In this document: positions 1 to 11,029 of the stretch, piece after piece
How positions within the stretch are numbered: position 1 is the first letter of the stretch
Layout of the letters: each line of letters opens with the position of its first letter
NCBI RefSeq assembly: GCF_030144855.1
Contig: NC_082728.1
Span: forward strand, 33,232,001 to 33,296,000
DNA: 64,000 bases
DNA from: Hypanus sabinus
Taxonomy: Eukaryota
Direction of reading: 5' to 3'
Position numbers and translations under genes: made by a program
The notes under the pieces: generated by a model
Seen by the model: only the letters and a program-made list of their open reading frames with translations
The model's database searches: none
What the model was told of the DNA's origin: nothing

Positions 1-236
1 ACAAACTCTAAACCATCCAGCCCTTTTACAGAATGAGCTTCCCAGTCCACGTGTGGAAAATTAAAATCTCCCACAATCACCACCTTGTGTTTACTACAAA
101 TATCTGCTATCTCCTTACACATTTGCTCTTCCAACTCACGCTCCCCATTAGGTGGCCTATAATACACTCCTATCAGTGTTACTGCACCTTTCCCATTCTT
201 CAATTCCATCCAAATAGCCTCCCTAGAGGAGCTCTC

Positions 237-662
237 TTATCTATCCTTCCAAAGCACCGCCATAAGATTTTCTCGGACAAGCAATGCAACACCTCCTCCT
301 CTGGCCCCTCCTACTCTATCACACCTGAAGCAACTAAATCCAGGAATATTTAGTTGCCAATCACACCCTTCCTGCAACCATGTTTCACTAATAGCTACAA
401 CATCATAATTCCAGGTATCAATCCATGCTTTAAGCTCATCCACCTTTCTTACAATGCTCCTAGCATTAAAATAGATACATTTAAGATACTCTCCACCTCC
501 TCCTCTCTTTTCATCCCTAACAATGCATTCAAATTTATTATCCTTTTCTTTCTTCTCCCCTACACCTTTGGGCTGAGCGCATCCCTTCTCCATCACCTGC
601 CTTTCCTCCCTCACACACTGTCTATTTACTTGCTCTACTGGTGAACTAACCTCCTCTCCCAT
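237..662 (-). pseudogene. CR1 ORF2 N-terminal APE endonuclease fragment
   Basis: YFNARSIVRKVDEL..YDVVAISETWL..FRCDR..GGGVALLV. Confidence 0.85.
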
Positions 663-697
663 AGTTTCCTCAAATTGATTCCCGTCCCCCCATCTTA

Positions 698-1642
698 CTA
701 GTTTAAAGTCTGCCCTGTAGCCCTAGCAAACCTCCCTGCTAGGATATTGGTCCCCCCAGGATTCAAGTGTAACCCATCCTTCTTGAACAGGTCACGCCTG
801 CCCCAGAAGAGGTCCCAATGATCCAGAAACTTAAATCCCTGCCCCCTGCTCCAATCCCACAGCCACACATTCATCCTCCACCTAATTCCATTCCTACTCT
901 CACTGTCGCGTGGCACAGGCAGTAATCCCGAGATTACTACCTTTGCGGTCCTTCTTCTTAACTGCCTTCCTAACTCCCTATACTCTTGTTTCAGGACCTC
1001 TTCCCCTTTCCTACCTATGTCATTGGTACCTACATGTACCACGACCTCTGGCTCCTCACCCTCCCACTTCAGGATATCTTGGGCGCGATCAGAAACGTCC
1101 CGAACCCTGGCACCAGGAAGGCAAATTACCATTTGGGACTCCCGATCACCTCCACCAAACTGCCTGTCTGAACCCCTGACTATCGAGTCCCCTATTACTA
1201 TGGTCCTCTTTCTTCTATCCCTAACCTTCTGAGCTCCAGGGCCATCCTCTGTGCCGGAGACCCGGCCACTGTCACTTCCACCAGGTAGGCTGTCCCCCCC
1301 CCCCCCAACAGTACTCAAACATGAGTACTTATTGACAAGGGGTAAAGCCACTGGGGTACTCTCTAGTACCTGCCTCTTCCCCTTCCTGACCGTGACCCAC
1401 CTATCTGCCTCCCGTGGCCCCGGAGTGACCACCTGCCTTTAGCTCCTCTCAATCACCTCCTCACTCTCCCTGACCAGGCGAAGGTCATCAAGCTGCAGCT
1501 CCAGTTCCCTAACTCGGTCCCTCAGGAGCTGCAGTTCAGTGCACCTGGCGCAGTTGTGGACGTCCGGGAGGCTTGGAGACTCCAGGATCTCCCACATCCG
1601 ACACCAAGAACAACAAGCTGCCCTCACACTCATACTTCCCAA
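698..1642 (-). pseudogene. CR1 ORF1 (zinc finger + SGNH esterase) with one in-frame stop at 1439-1441
   Basis: ORFs 1439..1642 and 698..1432 are in the same frame, separated by TAA AGG CAG. Confidence 0.85.
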
Positions 1643-2224
1643 ATAACTGAAAATAACAAGAACTAAAAGATAAGCCTACTGTGCCCTCTTCCGCCTAAAG
1701 CCCTCTGAGCCCAAGCCCTACACTCTGTTCCCGGCTCACTCCGCTGCCTGCAAACGAAGCGGAGGCTGCGTCCTTTTTATATCTTTCCTCCTTCCCAGGC
1801 CTCCTTCACGCGCCTGCGCAGTCCCGCCTCTCAGAACTCCGATCTGAGATACAAATGGACAATTTGAAAATGGCCGCCACCGCACTTCCTCTCAAAGCCT
1901 CGCTGCCCTCTTCCAAATATCGCAAATATTTACATTCATAATGAGCACAAAATAATCATTTCCACATTCTGAGCGTTGGTTTGGATTGCACCGATGATCT
2001 GTACTGGCAAGGAAAGCTCTTTGTGGTTAAGTGAGCCACACACACAAACAAAGCTGTAGACTGAACAGGCCTTATATTCGCTTGCAGAGCAAACATTAAG
2101 GGAGGGGGCTGGTGGGAGAATCTCTCAAAACTCAAAAGAATAAGATTTTAATTTTAAGTTAGTACAATGAAAGCAGTTGATCAATATCAACAATCAATAT
2201 ACAAGATTAACTCCCCTTTGCTTC

Positions 2225-2736
2225 TTTATAAGGTATCTCCGGTACCTGATGAAGTGACCACTGAGTGTATGCTTGTGGTCTTTTGCTGCTCCAGCCCATC
2301 AGCTTCAAGGTTTGATGTGTTGTGGGATCAGTAGTTCTGTAAACCACTGTTGCAGCACATTGTTTATTTGAGTTACTGTCACCTTCCTGTCAGCTTGAAC
2401 CAGTTTGGCCTTTCTCCTCTGACCTCTCTCATTAACAAAGCAATTTCACCCACTAAACTGCTGCTCACTGGATTTTTTAACTCAAGCTATTCTCTATAAT
2501 ATTTTGATGTGCATGAAAATCCCAGGGGATCAGCGGTTTCTGAGATACTGAAAGCCACTCTGTCTAGCACCAACAATCATTCCACGCTCAAAGGCACCTA
2601 GATCACATTTCTTCTCTATTTTAACATTCGGTCTGAACAGGAGCTTTGCATTGCATTCCAGTTACACAATTGGCTGATAAAATATTTACATTAATGAGGT
2701 GTACCTAATAAAGGGGTCATTATGTGTATGTCACTA
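2225..2736 (-). mobile_element. Tc1-derived non-autonomous DNA transposon
   Basis: Terminal motif related to TACACTCAGTGGCCACTTTATTAGGTAC near both ends; decayed paired-HTH coding remnant; related copies at 14577, 33625 and 36575. Confidence 0.7.
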
Positions 2737-2965
2737 TATTGGGTGTGAACAGATAGTTCAGTATAGTTATATATTTACACATCAAAATTGATACCTAGTT
2801 TTGAAAATTCAAACACCTTCGTCAAGACAAAGTCAACTGCACCATGTGTGTACCCCTGTATTCTCACATGCTACTCTTCAGCAATGTATGGGATGGACGA
2901 TGGGGACAGATCAAGAGAAGTTCTGACCCTTCCTAAATGCAGACCTGAACTGTGTTTTTTTCTTC

Positions 2966-3240
2966 TTTCATTCATTCATTCATTCATTCATTTATTCATT
3001 CATTCTTCAGGGCACTCTGTTCCCAGCTGCCCGTTCCATGCACTCACCACTCTCTGCGTAAAAATCTTACCCCTGACATCTTCACTGTACCAACTTCCAA
3101 GCACCTTGAAACTGTGCCCTCTCATGCTAGTCATTTAAGCATTGGGAAAAAGCCTCTGATTATCCACATGATCAATGCCTCTCATCATCTTATACACCTC
3201 TATCAGGTCACTTCTCATCCTCTCTCACTCCAAGGAGTAA
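2966..3240 (-). mobile_element. CR1 3' fragment with (TTCA)n microsatellite at 2967-3005
   Basis: Antisense of CR1 ORF2 C-terminus (GDLIEVYKM-like) next to a tetranucleotide repeat. Confidence 0.7.
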
Positions 3241-3269
3241 AGCAAAACAGTGGCTTGCCCTAATCAATA

Positions 3270-4460
3270 ATGAATGTCAACATATAAAGTAAGAGAAGGC
3301 CACATAAGAAGTCAAATACACGGTAAAGCAGAAATACATTTGACTGAGAGAGCTAGAAAAGGTAGTAATAGGGTACAAAATGAATTTGAAAGAGAGTTTA
3401 ATGTTATAAAAAAGGGATTTAACAGAGATGTTAAAACTGCAGATTTAATGTAAACATAACAAGAGCAAATGATTGGTGAAGGGAAAGTGACATGTATTGG
3501 AGATTCGTGAAAAATAATTTGCTTAATAGCCAACAGAAGGTAGAGGAACAGATACGTAGGCAGATTATGGAAATACCTAAAAACAACAGGGTTGTTGTAG
3601 AGGGTAATTTTAACTTCCTCAATATTGACCTGGACTTCCTCAGTGTAAAAAGGCTTAAACAGTGAAGAAATAGTAAGTTGCATCTGAGATGATTTCTTGA
3701 AACATTATGTGGATAGTTTAACTGCAGGAGGGACCTTATATTGGGAAGCTAGCCTGACCAGGTGACTGACATTTAAGTGGGAAAGCTTAATGTGTTTGTT
3801 TGTTTGTTTATTTATTCATTGAGGTACAGCATGAAGAAGACTAGCTCCCTGCCAAGAGGCAAAAAGGGGGGATTAAAAGAGGCCTTTTCTGATTGGCTGC
3901 CATTGATTGGTGGTGGTCTGCAATATTTGGTTTTGGGACTGCTTTTTATCACAATATATGTCAATGATGTAGATGATGGACTCGATGGGTTTGTGGCCAA
4001 GTGATGATACAAAGGTAGGTGGAGGGGAAGGGTATGTTGAGGAAGTAGGGAGTCTGCAGAAGAACCTGTACAGGTTAGGAGAATGGATGAAGAAGTGACA
4101 AATGGAGTACAGTGTAGGGATTGGTATTTTGTGCATCTTAGTTGAAGGAATAAAACTGTAGACTATTTTCTAAACAAAAAAATTCAGAAAGCTGAGGTGC
4201 AAAGAGACTTGGGAGTCCTTGTGCAGGATTCCCTAAAGGTTAACTTGTTGTTCAAGTTGTTGGTAAGGAAGGCAAATTAAATTTGGAGAGGATGAGACTA
4301 AAAGCAAGGATATAACGCTGAAACCATTTAAGGCATTGATCAGACTGCATTTGGAGCATTGTGAGCAGTTTTGTGTCTTATCTAAGAAAGGATAAGCTGG
4401 TATTGGAGAGGGTTCAGGGGAGGTTTGTGAGAATGCTCCTGGGAATGAAAGGGTTAATGG
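3270..4460 (+). mobile_element. Degraded CR1 ORF2 fragments
   Basis: RT remnants (LVLGLLFITIYVNDVDDGLDGFVAK), multiple stops and deletions. Confidence 0.7.
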
Positions 4461-5411
4461 CTCTGGCCACCAGGGAGAATCTTCCTTCTCCCCCTTCCAT
4501 CAGGCAAAAGATTTTTAAAAAAGCCTGAAAGCACTTACTACCAGGCTCAAGGACAACTTCCGTACTGCTGTTATAAGACAATTGCATGTTTCCCCAGTAT
4601 GATAAGATGAATCCTTGACCTCACAGTCTGCCTCATTATGACTTTGCAACTTGTAGTCTACCAGCACTGCACTGTCTCTGTAACACTTTATTATGCACAC
4701 TCTTACTGTTTTACATTGTAAAACCTCAATGCACTTCTGTAATCAACTGATTTGTATGAAATTTGTGCAAGGCAAATTTTTCACTGTACCTTGGTACACA
4801 TGATAGTAAACAGATTCCAATTCTAATTCTTCTCTATCGTATGCCAACCAGACCTTCAAACAAAGTTCCAGGTGCTGTCTTACCCACCATTCTATACCAG
4901 TGTACACATCATTATCCCTACCTGACACATATTTTGGTAGATGACTATTGCCCAGATTGTCTGTGTACCTACTTGCCCACTTTCTGGATAGTATACCTGA
5001 ACCATTGCCTTAATCATCAACCCTAACAGCCCTAACACACTGTAAGCATTGAATGAGACAATTCTTGGTCTTGTGCCCTGGGCTTCCACATCTGTTAAGA
5101 GTCTGAGCTTATATAGATTGTAGGATGGGTCTGAACATGGATTTTGGAATGAAGAAATAGCTTTCATGTTAAATTTCTGACTGAAAAACTGGTTGACCTG
5201 CCACTACAATAAAATCATTCTGAATACTGTCTGAAATTTTGAGTGTCTTTTTTATTTTAAAAGTTAATTATTAAAGATTTATTACATTTCCATGAAATTA
5301 AGTAATCAAACGGAAAGGATTTATTTTTCTTATTGACTTCAGCTGTTCTGTGCCTTGATCGTAATCTTCAGAAATTCAGATTTCATCCTGTCTGTGTCTT
5401 GGAAAATTCTC

Positions 5412-5519
5412 TTAAATTTTTCTGTTGGTATCTTTCAGTTCAGATTTCAGTTCATTTATTTGGATGCACAAAGAACAGCATGAATAGCTGATTAAACTAT
5501 GAGCTATAAACACAGGAAT
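5412..5519 (-). CDS. Candidate terminal exon of the B7-family gene (tentative)
   Basis: Acceptor tatattttcaccag|. Joined phase-1 to the TM exon it gives ...RKKFSK-DSCVYSS*; in phase 0 it gives IPVFIAHS...DTNRKI*. Three minus-strand AATAAA lie downstream (5251, 5278, 5320). Confidence 0.3.
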   Translation of the reverse strand: MPVFIAHSLISYSCCSLCIQINELKSELKDTNRKI

Positions 5520-5788
5520 CTGGTGAAAATATATTGACAATAGTGATTTTGCTAATTTACATGAAGAATTATGTTGACAAAGGTAGATTAATGACAGAAT
5601 CTGGCTCTTTTTTTGAGAATTAACTTGATACACATATTCAATTTTCTTTATCATCTGTTGGAGAAAAAAATAACTCATCAGTTGAAGGATGGAATTAAAG
5701 TAACCTCAGAGGAAACAAATTCTTTGCATTCAAAGAGAAGTACATGAAATATAGTGAGATCAGAGTGTGGTATGCTGAGATTCCATAT

Positions 5789-6586
5789 CAGGGATGGCCA
5801 ACCTATGGCACCTGTGCCAGAAGAGGCACATTGGCTGATTAGAAGTGATACAATGAACAGTGGGACAACGAATTCTTATTTATAGTGAGTCCGTCAGGAA
5901 ATCCATTGTGCATTATTTGTGAAAACACTTTCTCACATAATAGAAGATATGATCTTAATAGACACTATAAAACATCAGACTGAAATAGAAGGAAAACTGA
6001 AGCTACTGCTTGGGTCTGAGTTTCAGAAAGAACATGCGATTAAGAAAAAGGAAGAAATCAAAAGAAGACAAAATATATTTCTTAAAAGACTCATTAAGGT
6101 AAGTAATGTTTATTTTGTTTTTATATTAAATCAATATACCATGTAAAAATGCTAAATATGTCTACATTAACATTTTCACAAGAATTGAATGGGGCTACAA
6201 GAGTTGTATAGCGTGGTGTGTGGCCAAGTGGTTAAGGCATTGGACTAGAGACCTGAAGGTTGTGAATTCGAGCCCCAGCCCAAGGCAGAATGTTGTGTCC
6301 TTGAGCAAGGCACTTAACCACACATTGCTCCAGTCCACCCAGCTGAAAATGGGTGACGGCAAAATGCTGGGGGTTAACCTCGCAATAGACTGGCGTACTA
6401 TCTGGGGCAGGGGGGGGGGGAGTCTCATACTCTCAGTCGCTTCATACCATAGAAAGTGGCATAAGCACTGGCCTGATCAGCATATAAGGCTCGGAACAGA
6501 CTTTAACTTTAACTTAACGAGTTGTATGGCACATCTGAACTCGTGAAAAAATTGATGCATAGAATGTAAAAGGTTGGCCACCCCTT
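5789..6586 (+). mobile_element. Non-autonomous hAT (Charlie/SPIN-like) transposon
   Basis: TIRs CAGGGATGGCCAACCT / AGGTTGGCCACCCCTT (14/16); 8-bp flanks ttccatat / ttctagat; BED-like finger PLCIICENTFSHNRRYDLNRHYK. Confidence 0.75.
6209..6526 (+). mobile_element. tRNA-derived CORE-type SINE nested in the hAT element
   Basis: A box TGGCCAAGTGG, B-box-like AATTCGAGCC, MIR/CORE-like tgtgtccttgagcaaggcacttaacc...gaaaatggg, (TTAAC)-type tail. Confidence 0.7.
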
Positions 6587-6599
6587 TTCTAGATCATGT

Positions 6600-8120
6600 T
6601 AATACCAAACGGCAGGAGGAATTGGGGCTGCTGGAGAATATTATGTGAAATAAATCCCCAGAGCTTGATGTGATCTATCCCAAGTTACCGGGAGAGGCAA
6701 GACAGGAGATTGCTACAGCCTTGACAGAGTATCCTTTATATTGACAGGTCCAGGGGGAATGGAGAATACTCAATACTGTTCCTCTATTTTTGAGACAAAC
6801 CAGCAAATTAGAGGCCTGTGAGCCTTACACAAAATTATTGGAGAGAATTGTTATGGATACGACCAAATTGCATCTGGAAAAGCAAAGACTATAAGGCACA
6901 GGAGCAGAATTAGGCCAATTGGCACATCGAGTCTTCTCCATCATTCCATCCTTTGGAGGAGGACATGTATCACAAACTTTATTGTGCTTTTTGAGGTAAT
7001 TGATAATGGCAAGGCAGTAAATGCTATAGTAAACCTGTGGATAAGATTACTTGTGGTAGGTTAATCCAGAATACTAAGGCCCAACAGATCCATGGAGACT
7101 TGATAGGTTGGATGCAAAATTGGCTTGGCCATGAAAGAGAGAGTATAATTATGCAGGGGAGTTACTCTGGCTGGAGGTCTGTGGCCAGTGATGTTCCACA
7201 AGGGTCAATGCTGGGACCTCTATTATTTGTGATTTATATAACTGATTTGGATGGAAATAAGTGGCTGATGAATAAGTTTGTAAACAATGCAGAAACTGGG
7301 GGAGTTGCGAATAGTGTGGAAGGAATCAGTAGGATATACACCAATTGGAAATACGGGCAGAGAAATTGCAGATGGAGTTTAATCTGAATACATTTGAGGT
7401 GTTGTACTTTGGGAGGTCAAATGCACAAGGAATTTGTTCAGGAAATAGCAGGAAGTGAGGAGCATTATTGTACTTAGGGATATTGAGGAAGAAGTCAATA
7501 GCTCATTGAAAGTGGCAACACAAGTTATTAAGGTGGTAAGGAAGGGATTTGGCAGACATGCTTTCAGCATTTGGGCTGTTGAGTATAAGCATTGGGAAGT
7601 CATGTTGCAGTTGTATTAAACTTTGGTAAGGCCACATTTCGAGGACTGTTAGCAGTTCATGTTGCTGTATTATAGAAAGGACATGAAGGCTTTGAAGAAG
7701 GTCTGCTAGTATATCTCCTGAACTAAAGAGTAGTCACTGTAAGGAGAAGTTGGACAAACTTGGATTGTTTTTGCCTAAGCACAAGAGGCTGAGGGCTGAC
7801 CAGGTAGAAGCATCGTACATTATGAGAGGCACAGCTGTAGTTGATAAAATCTTGTTCCAGGTGGAAATATCATATACGAATCAGCGTAGCTTTAAGGTGA
7901 GACAGAAAAATTTAAAGGAGATTTACAAGGCATTTCTTGTACACAGTGTGTGGCAGGAACTTGGAACAAACAGAATGGCAATGTTCAAGAGGCATTTATA
8001 CAGTCACATAAATGGACAGGAACTGGAGGGGTATAGACCAGGTACAGGCAAATGGAAATACTTCATTTTCATTATGGCCATTGTAGGTCAAAGTGCCTGA
8101 TCCCACACTATACTGTGCTA
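6600..8120 (+). mobile_element. Degraded CR1 ORF2/3' fragments
   Basis: [26 protein letters not shown] and downstream RT C-terminal remnants. Confidence 0.75.
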
Positions 8121-8509
8121 TGCTCTATTTAAAGGTAAAATAACCCTTCCTTTTAGGAATTGTAAAGATATTCTTAAAAGTTACATACCTACAAAATTTA
8201 CCAGCGTTGCTGTAGATTGTTTCCAGAAGTGTGCTTTTGAGAAAATGACAACATTAATATTTCAAATAAAAATAGCATTATATTCAATCTGAAAAGAGTT
8301 TCTTGAAACAACTTTACATGATTTAATACTTTACCATGAACCATATCACACTTGGTTTGCTGCTGAACCTCTCTGCCTTTTTTAACCTCAAAATAAGCTC
8401 AGAGGGCAAATGCAAGGCTAATGCATTTTGATGTGAATCAATGTGAAAGGTATCTGTTTTGTTTCTGAAAACTGAAAGGCAGATTATTGCTTCTCTACTG
8501 ATGTCTATT

Positions 8510-9662
8510 TCTGACACCTCCCTCCCCTTTCTTGATCTTTCTGTCTCTATCTCTGGAGATGGCTTATCTACTGATGTCTACTATAAGCCTACAGACTCTC
8601 ACAGTTACCTGGACTATTTCTCTTTCCACCCTGTCTCTTGCAAAAATACCATCCCTTCTCGCAATTCCTTCATCTCCACCTCATCTGTTCTCAGGATGAG
8701 GCCTTTTATTTCAGGACAAAGGAGATGTCTTCCTTTTTTAAAGGGGAATCCCTTCCTCCAGCATCATCTCTGCTCTTAAACGCACCTCTCCCATTTCACA
8801 CACATCTGCTTTCACCCCATCCTCCAACCACCCCATTCGGATTAGGGTTCCCCTTGTCCTCACCTACCACCCCACCAGCCTCCAGGTCCAACAAATAATT
8901 CCCTGTATGTTCTGCAACCTCTAACGGGATCTCACCACCAAGCACATCTTTCCTTTCCCCACACTTTCTGCTTTCCACAGGGATAGTTCCCTACGTGACT
9001 CCCTTGTCCATTCGTCCCCCCCATCCTTTCCCACTGGTGACACCCGATGCAGACTGGGAGACCATTTCGCTGAACACCTACACTCTATCCACCAGAGAAA
9101 GCAGGAACTCCCAGTGCCACACATTTTAATTCCACATCCCATTCTCATTCTGATATGTCTATTCATGGCCTCCTCTATTGTCAAAATGGATCCAAACTCA
9201 GGTTGGAGGAACAACACCTTATATACCGTTTGGTAGCTGCCAACCTGATGGCATGAACATTGATTCCTCTAACTTCCATTAATGCCCCTCCTCCCCTGCT
9301 TACCCCATTTATTCCCCCTCCTCTTTCTTTTCTCTCTGTCCCTCTCACAATCACTCCTTGTCTGCTCCCCATTTCCCTCTGGTGCTCCCGTCCCCCTTTC
9401 TTTCTCTCTAGGCCTCCTGTCCATGATCCTCTCCCTTCTCCAGTGGTGTATCCCTTTTTACAATCAACTTTCCAGCACTTAGCTTCATCCCTCCCCCTCC
9501 TGCCTTCTCCTATCTTTTCGGATCTCCCCCTCCCCCTCTCAAATCTCTTACTATCTCTTCTTTCAGTTAGTCCTGACAAAAGGTCTCGGCCCAAAATGTC
9601 GACTGTACTTCTTCCTATAGATGCTGCCTGGCCAGCTGTGTCCCACCGGCATTTAGTGTGTG
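8510..9662 (+). mobile_element. 5'-truncated Penelope-like element with pLTR end; GIY-YIG core deleted
   Basis: LPFLDLSVSISGDGLSTDVYYKPTDSHSYLDY RT C-terminus, RLGDHFAEHL remnant, pLTR with hammerhead-like motif. Confidence 0.85.
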
Positions 9663-10154
9663 AGGCAGATTATTATCTAAGCAATGATAAATTGGGAAAA
9701 GGAAACGTGTTTCAAGTAGGTGCCTTTGTACGTTGAAAGTTGAAGCAAACAAGTATTCATATTAGACGATTTTTATTGCAAAAGCAATGTTGTCATCTTG
9801 GTGAAAGCCCAACTGGAGTTTTGGTCTCCTTATGTGAGAAAGAATCGGTTTGTCATGGGTGGAGTGAATAAATGTTAATAGAGAGATCTCTGAGATGGAA
9901 TGACTATTGTATGCAGGGAGATTGGGTCAGTTAGGCAAATATCGACTTCAATTCAGAAGAATGAAGTTGGATTTCCTAAAAGTCACACATTCAAAAAAGC
10001 TAACACGACTAAATAGAGGCTGAGGAGTGCAGAAAAAGGGGTCATGGCTCAAGATATGGTGTATACTATACCGAGATCAGGAGAATTATACACACAGGAG
10101 GGAGTAGAGGCCAAACCATTAAATATATTCAAGAGGGCAGGTAGATGTATAGAG

Positions 10155-10233
10155 CAGGGGTTCCCAACTCTTTTTCTGCCAGGGACACCTACCATTAACA
10201 AAGGAGTCTGTGGCTCCAGGTTGGGAATCCCTG
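10155..10233. mobile_element. 79-bp hAT-type MITE inside a CR1 3' fragment
   Basis: TIR CAGGGGTTCCCAAC / GTTGGGAATCCCTG (13/14). Confidence 0.65.
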
Positions 10234-11029
10234 GCTTAGAAGGATTAAGAGAAAAGGGAAGGCAGGAATACTGAAGTGAATGATCATCCATGATCATGCT
10301 AAATGGTGACACAAGCCCAAATGACTGGATGGCATATTTGTACCCTATGTTCTATGTTTCAAAGTTTTTATGTTAAGTGCGCCAAATCCCATTCAGTCAT
10401 TACTCCTTGCTGATCTAAATAGTTCATTTTTAAGCAATGCCTTGCATTTGTTATCCATGCATTTAAGTAGTTTCCTGAAGTTCTGTTTCTCTCATTTTAA
10501 GACCCTGCAACTTGCTGGAAACTTTTTGCTTCCTCCACCCTTGTCTTCCGGTACACATTTATTACAGATTTTATTCTTCCCAACTTCTTAACCCTCTCTC
10601 TTTCTCTCCTTCCAATACCTCTCAATATCCACCACTTTGCACCAGTTATTTCTTCACATGGGATATTGTCTCCATCTTTAGATGTGTCAGATTTCATTAT
10701 AATTCTGTCCATGTTGAGATGTTTTGCTGTTAAATTGCTTATATTGTGTAGTGAATATGTGATGGTATTGAGAGAGAACAGGACTGAGGTCAACAATGGC
10801 CACTTTTACATTATATTGCTTATAATTAATGCTCTTTAGACTCTTTTCTGAAAAATGGTCACTCAGTTAAGTGTGGTGGGTGCTGCAGTCTAACCCTGGC
10901 TAAACTTGGAATGGAGAAAGATGGATTGGTAAAAGTGTGAATGGGTCTTTATTGAATGGAATGAAGAATAGAACCTTCAAAAACTGCTATGTAACACCAG
11001 TTTTAGAGTCTTTGAAGTAGCATAGTCTG

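Larger units (their letters stand above)
1..1915 (-). mobile_element. CR1-clade LINE, 5' part (5'UTR, ORF1, start of ORF2); runs off the window start
   Basis: ORF1 zinc-finger/coiled-coil (CCSWCRMWE...HNCARC...LRDRVRELELQL) plus SGNH esterase (IVIGDSIVRG, VHVGTND, DGLHLN), followed by APE endonuclease motifs (CIYFNARSI, VAISETWL). Confidence 0.92.

Noticed and set aside
33-1442. Plus-strand ORFs (33..353, 354..644, 910..1179 etc.)
   Set aside because: Antisense shadows of the minus-strand CR1 ORFs
6209-6290. tRNA-like A/B boxes
   Set aside because: No cloverleaf or acceptor stem; this is the head of a SINE, not a tRNA gene
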